NCBI GenBank assembly: GCA_044225365.1
Contig: JBGAIQ010000001.1
Span: 96,001-160,000 of the forward strand
Source: Planctomycetota bacterium
GTDB taxonomy: Bacteria; Planctomycetota; B15-G4; JADJEK01
Direction of reading: 5' to 3'
Length of the DNA stretch: 64,000 nt
Position numbers and translations under genes: made by a program. The notes beneath the pieces were generated by a model. That model ran no database searches. It was not told the DNA's origin and worked only from the letters and a program-made list of their open reading frames with translations. Shown here one piece after another: positions 45,565 to 55,998 of the stretch (positions are counted from its first letter, which is position 1; each line of letters begins with the position of its first letter).

Positions 45565-45643
45565 GGAGCGCTTTCGCGCGCCGAAAGAGATCCCGCGATC
45601 CGGACTCGCGCGAGTCTCGTTCCATTCGCCGCGAGCCCAAGCC

Positions 45644-46408
45644 TTGTCCTCGATCGCCGATTCCGGCCTCCTTCGTTTCTCCAATCTCTCGCGACTTAGC
45701 GGCGTCGAACACGCGTTCGCGGACGCAGCGGCGCTTTCTGGATTCGATGCGAACCGTCGGGAAGACCGGCGACGGCTCCTGCGTGCAGTGATGGGGGAGG
45801 GCGGTGAACTCGTTCCGACGCATCAAACCCATTCGGCGAATCTCGCCGTCGTGCGTCGAGGTGAGGACTGTGACTTCGCGAGAGCGGAAGGCGGAATCGA
45901 CGGACTCGTGACTACGGAGCGCGGCCTGCTCCTGCATGCGATCTCGGCCGATTGTCCGCTCCTCTTCCTCGCCCATCCGAGCGAGCGCGCCCCGGGAGTG
46001 GCCATCTCGCATTGCGGCTGGCGGGGAGTCGCGCGCGGGATCGTCACATCGACGGTCGATCGCCTCCTCGAGGCGACGGGTGCGAATGGAGGCGACCTGG
46101 TTGCTGCGATCAGTCCAGGGGCGGGTGGTTGTTGCTACGAAGTCGGTTCGGAGGTGCTCGACGGACTCGAAGCGGCGGGCGTTCGAGTGTCGCGGTGCAT
46201 CGCGGAATTCGTCCGACCGGACGGTCGAATCTCACACCGACTCGACCTGCGCGCCGCGATCGTCGATCTGCTCGAAAGTCGCGACCTCGCGCCGTCGGCG
46301 ATCGAGTGCTCCTCCGCGTGCACGATCTGCGGCGGAAATCGATTCCACTCGTATCGCAGAAGCGCGACCACGGCGGGACGAATGTCCGGCGTGATCGCGC
46401 TCCGATGA
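45644..46408 (+). CDS. YfiH/PgeF-family purine nucleoside phosphorylase (polyphenol oxidase family)
   Basis: Q.HS, DGLVT, ADC.L, H.GWRG, CCYEVG, CT.C…F.SYRR…GR. Confidence 0.9.
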   Translation: MSSIADSGLLRFSNLSRLSGVEHAFADAAALSGFDANRREDRRRLLRAVMGEGGELVPTHQTHSANLAVVRRGEDCDFARAEGGIDGLVTTERGLLLHAISADCPLLFLAHPSERAPGVAISHCGWRGVARGIVTSTVDRLLEATGANGGDLVAAISPGAGGCCYEVGSEVLDGLEAAGVRVSRCIAEFVRPDGRISHRLDLRAAIVDLLESRDLAPSAIECSSACTICGGNRFHSYRRSATTAGRMSGVIALR

Positions 46409-46433
46409 GGCTCCGGCGCTTCGTGCGCCGTTC

Positions 46434-48833
46434 CTACTTGTCGCCGTCCTTCTTGTCTTCCTTCGGCGCCTCACCCTTGGGGGGGGCCGCGAGTGCCTGC
46501 GCCTTCTCGTACTTGCGTTTGGCCTCGGCGAGTTCCTTGTCGAGCTTGTCGGCGGTCGCGACGAAGCCCTTGTACTCCGCGAAGTCCTCGGGGTTCTTGC
46601 CGAGTTTCTTCATCACTTCGATGATCGCCCGCTGCAGCTGCGTGTCCTCTTCGTAGTCGCCGTAGAAGTCGTTGCCGGGGAATTCCTTCTTGCGAAGGTC
46701 GGAGACCTTGCGGCGCACGTAGAGTCGCGTCCAGCGCCGGATCTCGTTCTTGTCGAGGTGCGTGTTGAGCGACTCGAAGAAGGCGTCGAACTCGGGGTAC
46801 TTCTCGGTACTGCCGCCGTCCCCTTCGGCGAGCGCGACGAACAGCTTCTCATTGCCCGCGAAGTGATCTTCGACGTACTTCTCGAAGCGGTTCTTCTCCG
46901 AGCCTTCGACGTCCTGCAGGAGATTCGCGATCTCCTCGGCCTTCCAGGGCGCCGTGCTCTCGAACTCCGATTCCACGTCGGGCACGATGCCGCCCTGGTG
47001 GATCACTCGACCGTCGCCATCGAGGTCGGTGTGGATCGACTCGCCGCCCGGCAGGTAGTAACGCTGGGTCGTGAGTTTGAACATGCTGCCGTAGTCGTAC
47101 TTGCCGTTCTTGTTGGCGTCGACGTACTCCTCGTCCGGGTCCCAGCGCCCATTGCGGTTCTTGTCGTCGAACAACTCCTGCTTGCGCGACTCGAGCTGGA
47201 AGGGATTCTGCACCGAGCCCTTGCCGAAGCTGCGGCGACCCACGAGTTCGGCGCGGTCGTAGCTCTTGAGCGTTCCGGCGACGATCTCCGATGCCGATGC
47301 ACTCTGATGATTGATGAGCACGACGAGCGGAAGATCGCGTGCCCGCGCTCGGCGGTCGGTCTTCTTCTGCGAGCCCTCGCCGGGCTTCTGATCGCGGTTG
47401 CGCGTCTCGACGACGAGCTTGTTGGGACCGAGGAACTCGCCGCACATGTCGACGGCTTCGTTCAGGTAGCCGCCATGGTTGTAGCGAAGATCCAGGACGA
47501 GCCCGACCGCGCCGCGCGCCTGCAGGTCGTCGAGAGCCGCGCGCAATTCGTTGGTCGTTCCATCGCCGAAGGTCTGGACTTCGACGTAGCCGATGCCGCC
47601 TGGGAACAACTCGGAGTGGACCGAGGGAATGCTGATCGTCGCGCGCGCGATCTCGAACTCGCGTGGCTCTTTCCAGCCAGCTCGCATCACCTGCAGCTTC
47701 ACCGAGGTGCCGGGTTTTCCCTTCAGGCGGTCGATCACGGCCTGCTGAGGATGTCCGTAGGTATCCCAACCGTCGACCTTCAGGATCTGGTCGTCGGAGC
47801 GCAGGCCCGCCTTGAACGCCGGACCCGAGTAGATGGGGCGGGTGATCGAGAAGATCCCGGCGGTCGTGTTCACGTACGCGCCGATGCCGCCGTACTCGCG
47901 ATTGAGGTCGAGCAGCCACTTCTCGAATTCGGCGCTGTCCATGTAGGTCGAGTGCGGATCGAGGTACTCGAGCAGCCCCTTCGCGGCCGCGGTGAGCAGT
48001 TTCTCCTCGCCTTCTGGACCCTTGTACTGGTCGCCGTAGATGTGCTCGCGCTGGACGTAGTCGATGATCTCGCGCAGCAGATCGAAGCGATCCGGCCCGC
48101 TCGCCTTGCCCTGAGCGCCGCCTTCCTTCACGAGCCGTTCCTCGCGGCTCGTGTAGTAACGCTGCATCTCCGCCGTCTTGATGAGTGATCGGGCGAGCGC
48201 ACCCTCGACGCTTGGCTCCTCGGCGACCGACCGCAGGACCGGGCCCGCGGTTTCGAAATCTCCGAGTTCGGCGAGCGCGATCGCGCCCTTCACCTTGAGC
48301 GCCGGCTCCTCGGACTTGAGGAGGAGTTTCAGTTCCGTGAGCGCACGCTTGCGATGTCCGCCGTCGCCGATGTCGTAGAGGCATTGCGCGAGCGCACACT
48401 TCACGTCGGCGTCGTTGGTCTGATCGAGGTAGTCCGCGATCTTCGACTCGATCGCCTTGTCCTCGGGAAGGTCACGAACCTGGAACAACGCTGCGATGCG
48501 GACCTCGGGCGCCTGGTCCGGACCCGCGAGTTCGAGGAGCTTCGGCGCGGCATCGTCTCCGGCCTCGAGGAGTTCCATGGCCCGCAGGATTCCGAGCAGG
48601 ACTTTCGGGTCCTCGTTCTTCTTGAGCTGATCCTTCAGGAATGGAACGATCTCGGCGCCGAGATTGCCGAGCTCGGCCGCCGCGGAGTAGACCTGCGAGA
48701 GACCGGTTCCCTCCATCTTGGCGATCGCGTTCTTCGCTTTCTCGGTCGCGGAGGTGGGGGTCTGCGCGAGTGCGCCGCAGGCGATTCCGAGAGCCAGGAG
48801 GGCCGCGAGGGTCGGACGCAGGTGCACGCTCAT
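46434..48833 (-). CDS. S41 C-terminal processing peptidase with N-terminal HEAT repeats
   Basis: Signal peptide, HEAT repeats, LDPHS.Y, GGIG PDZ, LDLR.N.GG, SASASEI, SFGKGSVQ. Confidence 0.9.
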   Translation of the reverse strand: MSVHLRPTLAALLALGIACGALAQTPTSATEKAKNAIAKMEGTGLSQVYSAAAELGNLGAEIVPFLKDQLKKNEDPKVLLGILRAMELLEAGDDAAPKLLELAGPDQAPEVRIAALFQVRDLPEDKAIESKIADYLDQTNDADVKCALAQCLYDIGDGGHRKRALTELKLLLKSEEPALKVKGAIALAELGDFETAGPVLRSVAEEPSVEGALARSLIKTAEMQRYYTSREERLVKEGGAQGKASGPDRFDLLREIIDYVQREHIYGDQYKGPEGEEKLLTAAAKGLLEYLDPHSTYMDSAEFEKWLLDLNREYGGIGAYVNTTAGIFSITRPIYSGPAFKAGLRSDDQILKVDGWDTYGHPQQAVIDRLKGKPGTSVKLQVMRAGWKEPREFEIARATISIPSVHSELFPGGIGYVEVQTFGDGTTNELRAALDDLQARGAVGLVLDLRYNHGGYLNEAVDMCGEFLGPNKLVVETRNRDQKPGEGSQKKTDRRARARDLPLVVLINHQSASASEIVAGTLKSYDRAELVGRRSFGKGSVQNPFQLESRKQELFDDKNRNGRWDPDEEYVDANKNGKYDYGSMFKLTTQRYYLPGGESIHTDLDGDGRVIHQGGIVPDVESEFESTAPWKAEEIANLLQDVEGSEKNRFEKYVEDHFAGNEKLFVALAEGDGGSTEKYPEFDAFFESLNTHLDKNEIRRWTRLYVRRKVSDLRKKEFPGNDFYGDYEEDTQLQRAIIEVMKKLGKNPEDFAEYKGFVATADKLDKELAEAKRKYEKAQALAAPPKGEAPKEDKKDGDK

Positions 48834-49104
48834 GGAGGATGCCATCGATTTTCCGGTCACGTACGATCTCCGGGACTTTGCCGGGGCAGCGAGGTGGACC
48901 ACGGGAGTCGTGGGAGTCGGCGCCGGCGCGTGATCTGGTAGTAAGTAGAGGTCGGCGCGCGGGCGTGCCACGCTTGAGCGACCTCGAATGTCGATTGCCA
49001 CCTTATACGGCCCGTGCAGGAGAGCGACAGGCGTTTTTTGCTGCGCCTCCTCGCGAGATCCATCGCTTCAGTCTGGGGACTCGCCGGGCCGGGGGCGCCC
49101 TGGC

Positions 49105-49665
49105 ATGATGGACACGATGACGGCTACCCACCGCACTCCACGTCGCGCGCGCGTCGCTGCTCGCATTTCGAAGAGTCGCCTCACGCACGTCGATTCCGCG
49201 GGCGCGGCCCGCATGGTCGATGTGGGAGGCAAGTCCGCGAACGAACGGCGAGCCCTGGCGCACTCGATCGTGCGAATGGGGGCGTCGACTCTCGCTCAGT
49301 TGACCGCGGGGAGAGCTGCGAAGGGCTCGTGGGAGGCCGTTCTTGGAACCGCGCGGATCGCCGGGATCCTCGCTGCGAAGAAGACTTCCGAGTTGATTCC
49401 CCTCTGTCACGCGCTCGCGCTCTCGGCCGTGACCGTCGACTTCGTCGTCCTCGACGCGGTTCGCATCGAGATTCGGGCCGAGGTGCGTACCGTCGATCGG
49501 ACCGGGGTCGAGATGGAGGCGCTGACCGCTGCCGCCGTGGCCGCTCTCACCCTCTACGACATGGTGAAGGCGCTCGACAAGGGCGTCGTGATCGGGGATC
49601 TCGCGCTCCTCGAGAAGGACGGCGGCAAGTCGGGACCCTGGCGTCGCGCCCGGGGGAAGCGATGA
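49105..49665 (+). CDS. moaC: Cyclic pyranopterin monophosphate synthase
   Basis: [48 protein letters not shown]. Confidence 0.95.
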   Translation: MMDTMTATHRTPRRARVAARISKSRLTHVDSAGAARMVDVGGKSANERRALAHSIVRMGASTLAQLTAGRAAKGSWEAVLGTARIAGILAAKKTSELIPLCHALALSAVTVDFVVLDAVRIEIRAEVRTVDRTGVEMEALTAAAVAALTLYDMVKALDKGVVIGDLALLEKDGGKSGPWRRARGKR

Positions 49666-50186
49666 GCGATCGACCGTTCACGGCGCGCATCGTCATCGTC
49701 TCCGATCGCGGGTTCCGCGGCGAGCGCGCCGACGCCACGGCGCCCCAATTGAGTGCGGTCCTGGCGACGCGAGGAATCGTCTGCGAGCCGTCAGCCGTCC
49801 GCATCGTCCCCGACGAGCGCGCCGCGATCGTCGCGGAATTGCGCGCCGCCGCCGCCGCCGCGGATCTGGTGCTCACGTCCGGCGGCACGGGACTCGGTTC
49901 TCGCGACGTCACGCCGGAGGCTACGCGCGACGTGATCGATCGCGAGCTACCCGGCTTCGGCGAAGCCATGCGGGCCGCTTCGCGAGGCAAGACGCCGTTC
50001 GCCGATCTCTCGCGGGCGACCGCCGGTTCCTGCGGCGGCGCGCTCGTCGTCAATCTTCCGGGCAGCCCGAGAGGGGCCGTGGAGTGCCTGGAGGCCGTCC
50101 TGATCGCGATCCCACACGCTCTCAAGTTGTTGCGAGGGGCGGTCGCGGACTGCCAGGCGGAGCTCCGTTCGAGCGGGAGTTCGTGA
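49662..50186 (+). CDS. MogA/MoaB-family molybdopterin adenylyltransferase
   Basis: VSDR, VPDE, T.GGTG…RDVTPEA, LSR, NLPGSP. Confidence 0.92.
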   Translation: MSDRPFTARIVIVSDRGFRGERADATAPQLSAVLATRGIVCEPSAVRIVPDERAAIVAELRAAAAAADLVLTSGGTGLGSRDVTPEATRDVIDRELPGFGEAMRAASRGKTPFADLSRATAGSCGGALVVNLPGSPRGAVECLEAVLIAIPHALKLLRGAVADCQAELRSSGSS

Positions 50187-50249
50187 ACTGCGCGGCGGCA
50201 TCGGGGTCGAGCAGCGTTCGAACGGTTTTCGTGCAAAGGCCGCGCCGCC

Positions 50250-50278
50250 TTGACACTCGGCATCCGTCTTTCGAGAAT
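50250..50278 (+). promoter_or_regulatory. Sigma70-type promoter of efp-accB-accC
   Basis: TTGACA-17 nt-GAGAAT. Confidence 0.6.
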
Positions 50279-50350
50279 CGATCGTTTCCGCATCCGGTCG
50301 TTCCCTGCAAGGCGGGACGAAGCGATCTCGAAACCAGCACGGAGTGCCCA

Positions 50351-50914
50351 GTGGTCCGCATCTCGACGAATCAGTTCAAGCCTGGCATCACGATCAACTA
50401 CGAGGGCAACCTCTTCGACATGATCGAGTACCAGTTCGTCAAACCCGGCAAGGGCACGGCGTTCGTCCGCACGAAGATCAAGAACTCGAAGACGGGCAAG
50501 GTCCTCGAAGTCACGTTCGACGCCAACGACACGGTCGAGCAAGTGATGGTCGAGAAGCAGGAACTCGAGTACCTCTATCGCGAAGGCGACTACTTCGTGT
50601 TCATGGATCCGACGACCTTCGATCAGATCCACGTCAACAAGGAACAGGTCGAGCACATGCTGCCCTTCCTCAAGGAGAACATGCAGTGCCTCTTCAAGCG
50701 CGCGGGGGAGATGATCCTCTCGATCCAGCTCCCCGACTTCGTCGTGCTGAAGGTCGTCGAGACCGAGCCGAACATGAAGGGCGCGACGGCGACGGGCGGC
50801 CCCAAGCCGGCGAAGCTCGAGACGGGCGCCACCGTGATGGTGCCGACCTTCATCAAGCTGGGTGAGATGATTCGCGTCGATACGCGCACCAGCGAATACA
50901 CGGATCGCGCCTGA
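50351..50914 (+). CDS. efp: Elongation factor P
   Basis: GGAG + GTG; KPGKG.AFVR.K, YLY, FMD..TFDQ, KPA.LETG, VP.FI..G..I.VDTR. Confidence 0.95.
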   Translation: MVRISTNQFKPGITINYEGNLFDMIEYQFVKPGKGTAFVRTKIKNSKTGKVLEVTFDANDTVEQVMVEKQELEYLYREGDYFVFMDPTTFDQIHVNKEQVEHMLPFLKENMQCLFKRAGEMILSIQLPDFVVLKVVETEPNMKGATATGGPKPAKLETGATVMVPTFIKLGEMIRVDTRTSEYTDRA

Positions 50915-50991
50915 GCGATCGATCGCAGATCACCTTCGTACGACCCTTCGAAGCAACGAACAAGCAAGGCCGCGAGAGCGGAGCGGAGCCG

Positions 50992-51564
50992 ATGGCGAAG
51001 AAATCACCGACGCGTGGCAAGGGCAACGGTACGGCAGGCAAGACTGCGTCACCCGCGCCCGGCAAGACCGGTCGCGACAACCTGGACATCGAACAGGTCG
51101 AGCGTCTGATGCACCTCATGGCGCAGAATGGCGTCCTCGAACTCGAGGTCCAGAACGGGCCGGATCGCAAGGTCCGACTCTCGCGGCGGGCGCCCGAAGC
51201 GACGACGATGATCCTCCCGGGACCGCTCGCGCACACGCCGGCGCAGGCCTCGGTGCATCCCACGCATCACGCTCCGCCGCCGCAGCCCACGGCGCCGAAG
51301 GACGCGGGTCCGCCCCCCGGCACGATCGAGTTCTGCTCGCCGATGGTCGGCACGTTCTATCGTGCACCGAATCCCGAATCCGCGCCCTACGCGGTGCCCG
51401 GAGACAAGGTCGGCCCCGAGACCGTCGTCTGCATCATCGAGGCGATGAAGGTGATGAACGAGATCAAGGCCGAGATCTCGGGCGAAGTCGTCGACGTCCT
51501 CGTCGAGAACGGCGAAGCGGTCGAGTACGGCCAGCCTCTTTTCCTCATTCGGAAGACCGGATGA
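50992..51564 (+). CDS. accB: Acetyl-CoA carboxylase biotin carboxyl carrier protein
   Basis: [25 protein letters not shown]. Confidence 0.96.
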   Translation: MAKKSPTRGKGNGTAGKTASPAPGKTGRDNLDIEQVERLMHLMAQNGVLELEVQNGPDRKVRLSRRAPEATTMILPGPLAHTPAQASVHPTHHAPPPQPTAPKDAGPPPGTIEFCSPMVGTFYRAPNPESAPYAVPGDKVGPETVVCIIEAMKVMNEIKAEISGEVVDVLVENGEAVEYGQPLFLIRKTG

Positions 51565-51583
51565 CCGGTTGGCCGGGAGCGCC

Positions 51584-52930
51584 ATGTTCAAACGCATCCT
51601 GATCGCCAATCGTGGTGAGATTGCATTGCGCGTGATCCGCGCGTGTCGCGAACTCGGAGTCGAGACGGTCGCCGTCTACTCCGAGGCCGACGCCAACGCG
51701 ATCTATCTGCGTCATGCCGACGAGACCATCTGCATCGGCCCTGCGCGCTCGGCGCAGAGCTATCTCGAGATCCCACGGATCATCAGCGCCGCGGAGATCG
51801 CAGACGTGGAGGCCATCCACCCGGGATACGGATTCCTGTCGGAGAACGAGCACTTTGCAGAGGTCTGCGAATCGTGCGGCATCACCTTCATCGGACCGAA
51901 GCCGAAGACGATCGCACTCGTCGGCAACAAGTCGCGCGCGAAGGACACGGCGAAGAAGGCCGGCGTTCCCGTCATCCCCGGGTCGGAGTCGATCCTGGCG
52001 TCGGAGCAGGAGGCGCTCACGGAGGCGCACCGGATCAAGTACCCGGTCCTCATCAAGGCGGCGTCCGGCGGCGGCGGTCGCGGCATGCGCATCGCCCACA
52101 ACGATGTTTCGCTCATCAATGGTTTCCATGCCGCGCGCTCGGAAGCGGAGGCGGCCTTCGGTGACGCCTCGGTCTACCTCGAGAAACTGATCGAGAAGCC
52201 GCGTCACGTCGAGATCCAGGTGCTGCGCGACAGTTTCGGTAACTTCGTCTTCCTCGGCGAACGCGACTGCTCGGTGCAGCGCCGACATCAGAAGATCATC
52301 GAAGAGTCGCCCTCGCCGGTCCTGACCGAGGACCTCCGCAAGAAGATGGGTGACGCGGCGCGGCGCCTGTGCGAGGCTGCGGATTACTTGAACGCGGGTA
52401 CCGTCGAGTTCCTCGTGGACAAGCACCTCAACTTCTACTTCATGGAAGTGAACGCTCGCGTGCAGGTCGAGCATCCCGTGACCGAGATGGTGACGGGCGT
52501 CGACATCGTCCAGGAGCAGATCCGCATCGCGGCGGGCGAGAAGCTGTCGTTCCGGCAGAAGGACATCAAGATCAACGGCTGCGCGATCGAATGTCGGATC
52601 AATGCCGAGGATCCCAAGGACAACTTCCGTCCGTCTCCCGGTCGCATTCGAACGTACTACAGTCCGGGCGGCGCGCACGTGCGGCTCGATTCTCACGCGT
52701 ACGCGGGCTACGACATCCCGCCTTATTACGACTCCCTGATCGGGAAGCTCCTGGTGTGGGGTGAAACGCGCGAAGTGGCATTGCGGCGGATGGAGTGTGC
52801 GCTCGACGAGTTCGTGATCGACGGCGTGAAGACCACGATCCCGCTGCACATCGAGATCATGCGCAACGCACGTTTCCGGCAGGGAGATGTCGATACCTCG
52901 TTCCTCGAATCGGAACTCTTGAACCGGTGA
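51584..52930 (+). CDS. accC: Biotin carboxylase
   Basis: [55 protein letters not shown]. Confidence 0.97.
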   Translation: MFKRILIANRGEIALRVIRACRELGVETVAVYSEADANAIYLRHADETICIGPARSAQSYLEIPRIISAAEIADVEAIHPGYGFLSENEHFAEVCESCGITFIGPKPKTIALVGNKSRAKDTAKKAGVPVIPGSESILASEQEALTEAHRIKYPVLIKAASGGGGRGMRIAHNDVSLINGFHAARSEAEAAFGDASVYLEKLIEKPRHVEIQVLRDSFGNFVFLGERDCSVQRRHQKIIEESPSPVLTEDLRKKMGDAARRLCEAADYLNAGTVEFLVDKHLNFYFMEVNARVQVEHPVTEMVTGVDIVQEQIRIAAGEKLSFRQKDIKINGCAIECRINAEDPKDNFRPSPGRIRTYYSPGGAHVRLDSHAYAGYDIPPYYDSLIGKLLVWGETREVALRRMECALDEFVIDGVKTTIPLHIEIMRNARFRQGDVDTSFLESELLNR

Positions 52931-52934
52931 CAGC

Positions 52935-53624
52935 GTGTACGCAATCTGGCGCCTGACCTCGCTGCTGACCACGATCCTCAATCGTCTCGTCGCCCTCGCG
53001 GTCGGCGGTGCGTTGGTGTGGGATTTGTCGCACGCACTCGTCGGCGGAGAATTCTTCAGTGCGTTCGAATGGGCGCACTCCCAAGTGGCGGCTCACGTCC
53101 GAGTCGCGCTCGCGTTCGGCGGGCTGCTCGTGCTGCTGAACTTGAACATCCTCCAGTTCCTGCTGTTCATGCTCATCAACTCACCGGGCCGCGCCTATAT
53201 CGAGTCGAAGGCCGCCGGCGGGCAGTCGCGCGTGTCGCTCGCGGCGATCCAGGATGCGCTTCGCGCCACCGCTCTGCAGGTGCCCGAGATCTCCCGATCA
53301 CGAATTCGTGTCCTGAAGCTCGGCGCGAATCGGTACCGGGTCCACATCCGCTACTACGCTCGCACCGTTCACGATGCGGGCAACGCCGCCGAGCACCTCC
53401 GGCTCGTCCTCAAGAAGCGGTTCTCGGACATCGTCGTGCTCGATCCGCGGGATCGCGTCGAATTCGATCTCGATCTCGCGGGCATCGACGGTCTGAATCG
53501 GAAGCCGCTCACCGAGATCAAGCATCTCGCCGACCTGAAGCGCAACGAGGCGCCGCGCCCGCGACCGGAGCCGATCGATCCCTCCTTCAAGGGGCCGATC
53601 TACCCGGTCGAGGGCGAGAATTGA
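52935..53624 (+). CDS. Two-TM membrane protein, AmaP/Asp23-fold-like
   Basis: Two hydrophobic helices then G..RVSL.AI.D.L…A..VP.I pattern; follows accC. Confidence 0.55.
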   Translation: MYAIWRLTSLLTTILNRLVALAVGGALVWDLSHALVGGEFFSAFEWAHSQVAAHVRVALAFGGLLVLLNLNILQFLLFMLINSPGRAYIESKAAGGQSRVSLAAIQDALRATALQVPEISRSRIRVLKLGANRYRVHIRYYARTVHDAGNAAEHLRLVLKKRFSDIVVLDPRDRVEFDLDLAGIDGLNRKPLTEIKHLADLKRNEAPRPRPEPIDPSFKGPIYPVEGEN

Positions 53625-53966
53625 CTCGATTCCCGTCGCGGGGCTCGCCCGGGTCGTGAGCAACGAGCCAAAGTTGCCGGTCATTTGCGCCGCGCTTACG
53701 GAATCGCCCATTTTCCGATGGTAGAACGGCCGGTCTGCCTTTTTTCTATTCGATTGAGCCCGCGCAGTGAGAATGCCGAAAACAGCTTGCTGCCGAGAAT
53801 TGCGACGGGACGTCACCGTGGTGATTCGAGGAACCCGAGGGGCCTGGGGTCGATGGACCCGGGGCCGATCCTCGCGCGGCGCTTCGTCGATCCATCGAGC
53901 GCTTTCGTTGCGATCCCGGATCCCGTGAGATCGCGCCCCGGCGCGCGCACAGCGAAACGAGAAGTC

Positions 53967-54983
53967 ATGAGGAGTGCACGGAGCATCTTCGAGTCCATGC
54001 GGGGCGTCGCCCTGCTCGTGTTCGTGTGCCTATCGGCCTCCAGCGTTGCCGAGGCACGGCAGAAGAAGCCACCCGGGAAGACTGCACCCCCAAAGCCGCC
54101 GGCGCCGCCGCACGTCGGGAAGACCGGACCGAAGCTGCCGCCGGCGCACAATCCCGCGGTGAAGGCGCCGTCGGCCACGCATTCCCCGTCCACGTTCGTG
54201 CTGCCACCGAGCACGGCGGGTGCGCGCACGTCCTCCGAGTCGGCGGAAAAGCCGAGCCACGTTCCCGCGGGTCCAAAGCCCGACGTGCCGGCAGAGCCGA
54301 TCGCGTTCGTGACTCGCCTCACCGATCCCGTAGCGGTACTCGACGCCGAGGCCGAGGCGGAGCTGCCGCTGTTCCATTGGGAGAAGAAGCACGGGCTACG
54401 GCTGTACGACGGCCTCCGACAAGGCGTCGCGGGCGTGTCCGAGGTGTTCTTCCCGGACGACTACACGACGCTGCGCTTCTTCGGCGAGAATCACTTCTTC
54501 ATCACGGAGTCGGGCGCCAAGGGCCATCGGCTCGAGTTCGAAGCGATTCGCCGGGTCCGCGTCGAGGCTCGGGCGACGCCGATCGTCCTCCTGCTCCCCG
54601 GCGGAACGACGATCACGTGCGAATCGACGATCCTGAACGTCAGCCTCGACGAACGCGATCACCGCTACATCGTCAAGAACGACGGACCGGGTGACGTACA
54701 TCTCGAGGGTCCGATCCTGCCGCCCGAGGCGGCTTCCGTTCCCGCCGGGAACGAAGTACAGATTCCGATCGTGCAGGATGCGAAGACCGCGGACCTCGAC
54801 GGTTCCGACGCACAGGTGACGCGCGACGCTTGGGCCGGGCATTCGCTCGAACTTCAGGGCGACGTGGCCGTCACTCGACATACGAATGAACTGGAACTCA
54901 CGGGTTCGGGTACGGCACGCGTCGGCGGCGCTCGGATCGTGGTGAACGGATCGCGCGTGATCATTTCGAAACCGCGCGGATGA
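53967..54983 (+). CDS. Secreted hypothetical protein: Pro/Lys-rich linker plus beta-rich (FecR-like?) domain
   Basis: Signal peptide (…VAEA), Pro-rich region, beta-strand-like periodicity. Confidence 0.65.
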   Translation: MRSARSIFESMRGVALLVFVCLSASSVAEARQKKPPGKTAPPKPPAPPHVGKTGPKLPPAHNPAVKAPSATHSPSTFVLPPSTAGARTSSESAEKPSHVPAGPKPDVPAEPIAFVTRLTDPVAVLDAEAEAELPLFHWEKKHGLRLYDGLRQGVAGVSEVFFPDDYTTLRFFGENHFFITESGAKGHRLEFEAIRRVRVEARATPIVLLLPGGTTITCESTILNVSLDERDHRYIVKNDGPGDVHLEGPILPPEAASVPAGNEVQIPIVQDAKTADLDGSDAQVTRDAWAGHSLELQGDVAVTRHTNELELTGSGTARVGGARIVVNGSRVIISKPRG

Positions 54984-55020
54984 ATCGAATGGACTCGCTG
55001 TCCTTGTTGGAGCATTGCTC

Positions 55021-55980
55021 ATGCCTCGTGCTTTGGTGACCGGTGGTGCGGGCTTCCTCGGCTCGCATCTCTCCGATCGGCTGATCGCCGACGGATACGA
55101 AGTGATCGTGATGGACAACCTGCTGACGGGCGACGCGACGAACATCGCGCACCTGTTCGGGCACGAGCGGTTCAGCTTCGTGAAGTACGACGTCACGAAC
55201 TATCTCCACATCGATGGTCCGCTCGACTACGTGTTCCACTTCGCGTCGCCAGCGTCGCCGATCGACTACCTCGAGTATCCGATCCAGACCTTGAAGGTCG
55301 GTTCGATCGGAACGATGCGCGCGCTCGGCCTCGCGAAGGCGAAGAAGGCCGTGTTCACGATGGCGTCGACCTCGGAGTGCTACGGCGATCCGCTGGTGCA
55401 CCCGCAGCGCGAGGATTACTGGGGCAACGTCAACCCGGTCGGCCCGCGCGGCGTCTACGACGAAGCAAAGCGCTTCGCCGAGGCGATGATCATGGCGTAT
55501 CACCGGTATCACCACGTCGAGACGCGAATCGTTCGCATCTTCAACACCTACGGTCCGCGCATGCGCCTCAACGACGGCCGAGCGCTCCCGACCTTCATGC
55601 TCCAGGCGCTTCGCGGCGAGGACATCACGGTCTTCGGCGACGGCTCGCAGACGCGCTCGTTCTGCTACGTCTCCGATCTGATCGACGGCATCGTCCGCCT
55701 GTCGCGCAGCAAGGAGTACTACCCGGTCAACATCGGCAACCCTCACGAGATCACGATCTTCGAATTCGCGAAGAAGGTGGTCGAACTCACCGGAAGCAAG
55801 AGTCGGATCGTCAATCGTCCGCTGCCGGAAGACGATCCGAAGATCCGCCAGCCCGACATCACCAAGGCGCGTCAGCTCCTTGGGTGGGAACCGAAGGTCA
55901 ATCTGCACGAAGGCCTAAAGACGACGCTCGAGTTCTTCCAGAAGCAAGTCGCGAAGCTGAAGGACTCGCCGGCGCGTTGA
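55021..55980 (+). CDS. UDP-glucuronate decarboxylase (UDP-xylose synthase family)
   Basis: [49 protein letters not shown]. Confidence 0.93.
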   Translation: MPRALVTGGAGFLGSHLSDRLIADGYEVIVMDNLLTGDATNIAHLFGHERFSFVKYDVTNYLHIDGPLDYVFHFASPASPIDYLEYPIQTLKVGSIGTMRALGLAKAKKAVFTMASTSECYGDPLVHPQREDYWGNVNPVGPRGVYDEAKRFAEAMIMAYHRYHHVETRIVRIFNTYGPRMRLNDGRALPTFMLQALRGEDITVFGDGSQTRSFCYVSDLIDGIVRLSRSKEYYPVNIGNPHEITIFEFAKKVVELTGSKSRIVNRPLPEDDPKIRQPDITKARQLLGWEPKVNLHEGLKTTLEFFQKQVAKLKDSPAR

Positions 55981-55998
55981 ACGCGGCGAGATCGATGG

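Noticed and set aside
55981-55998. glmS ribozyme
   Set aside because: Only 18 nt separate glmS from the upstream gene.
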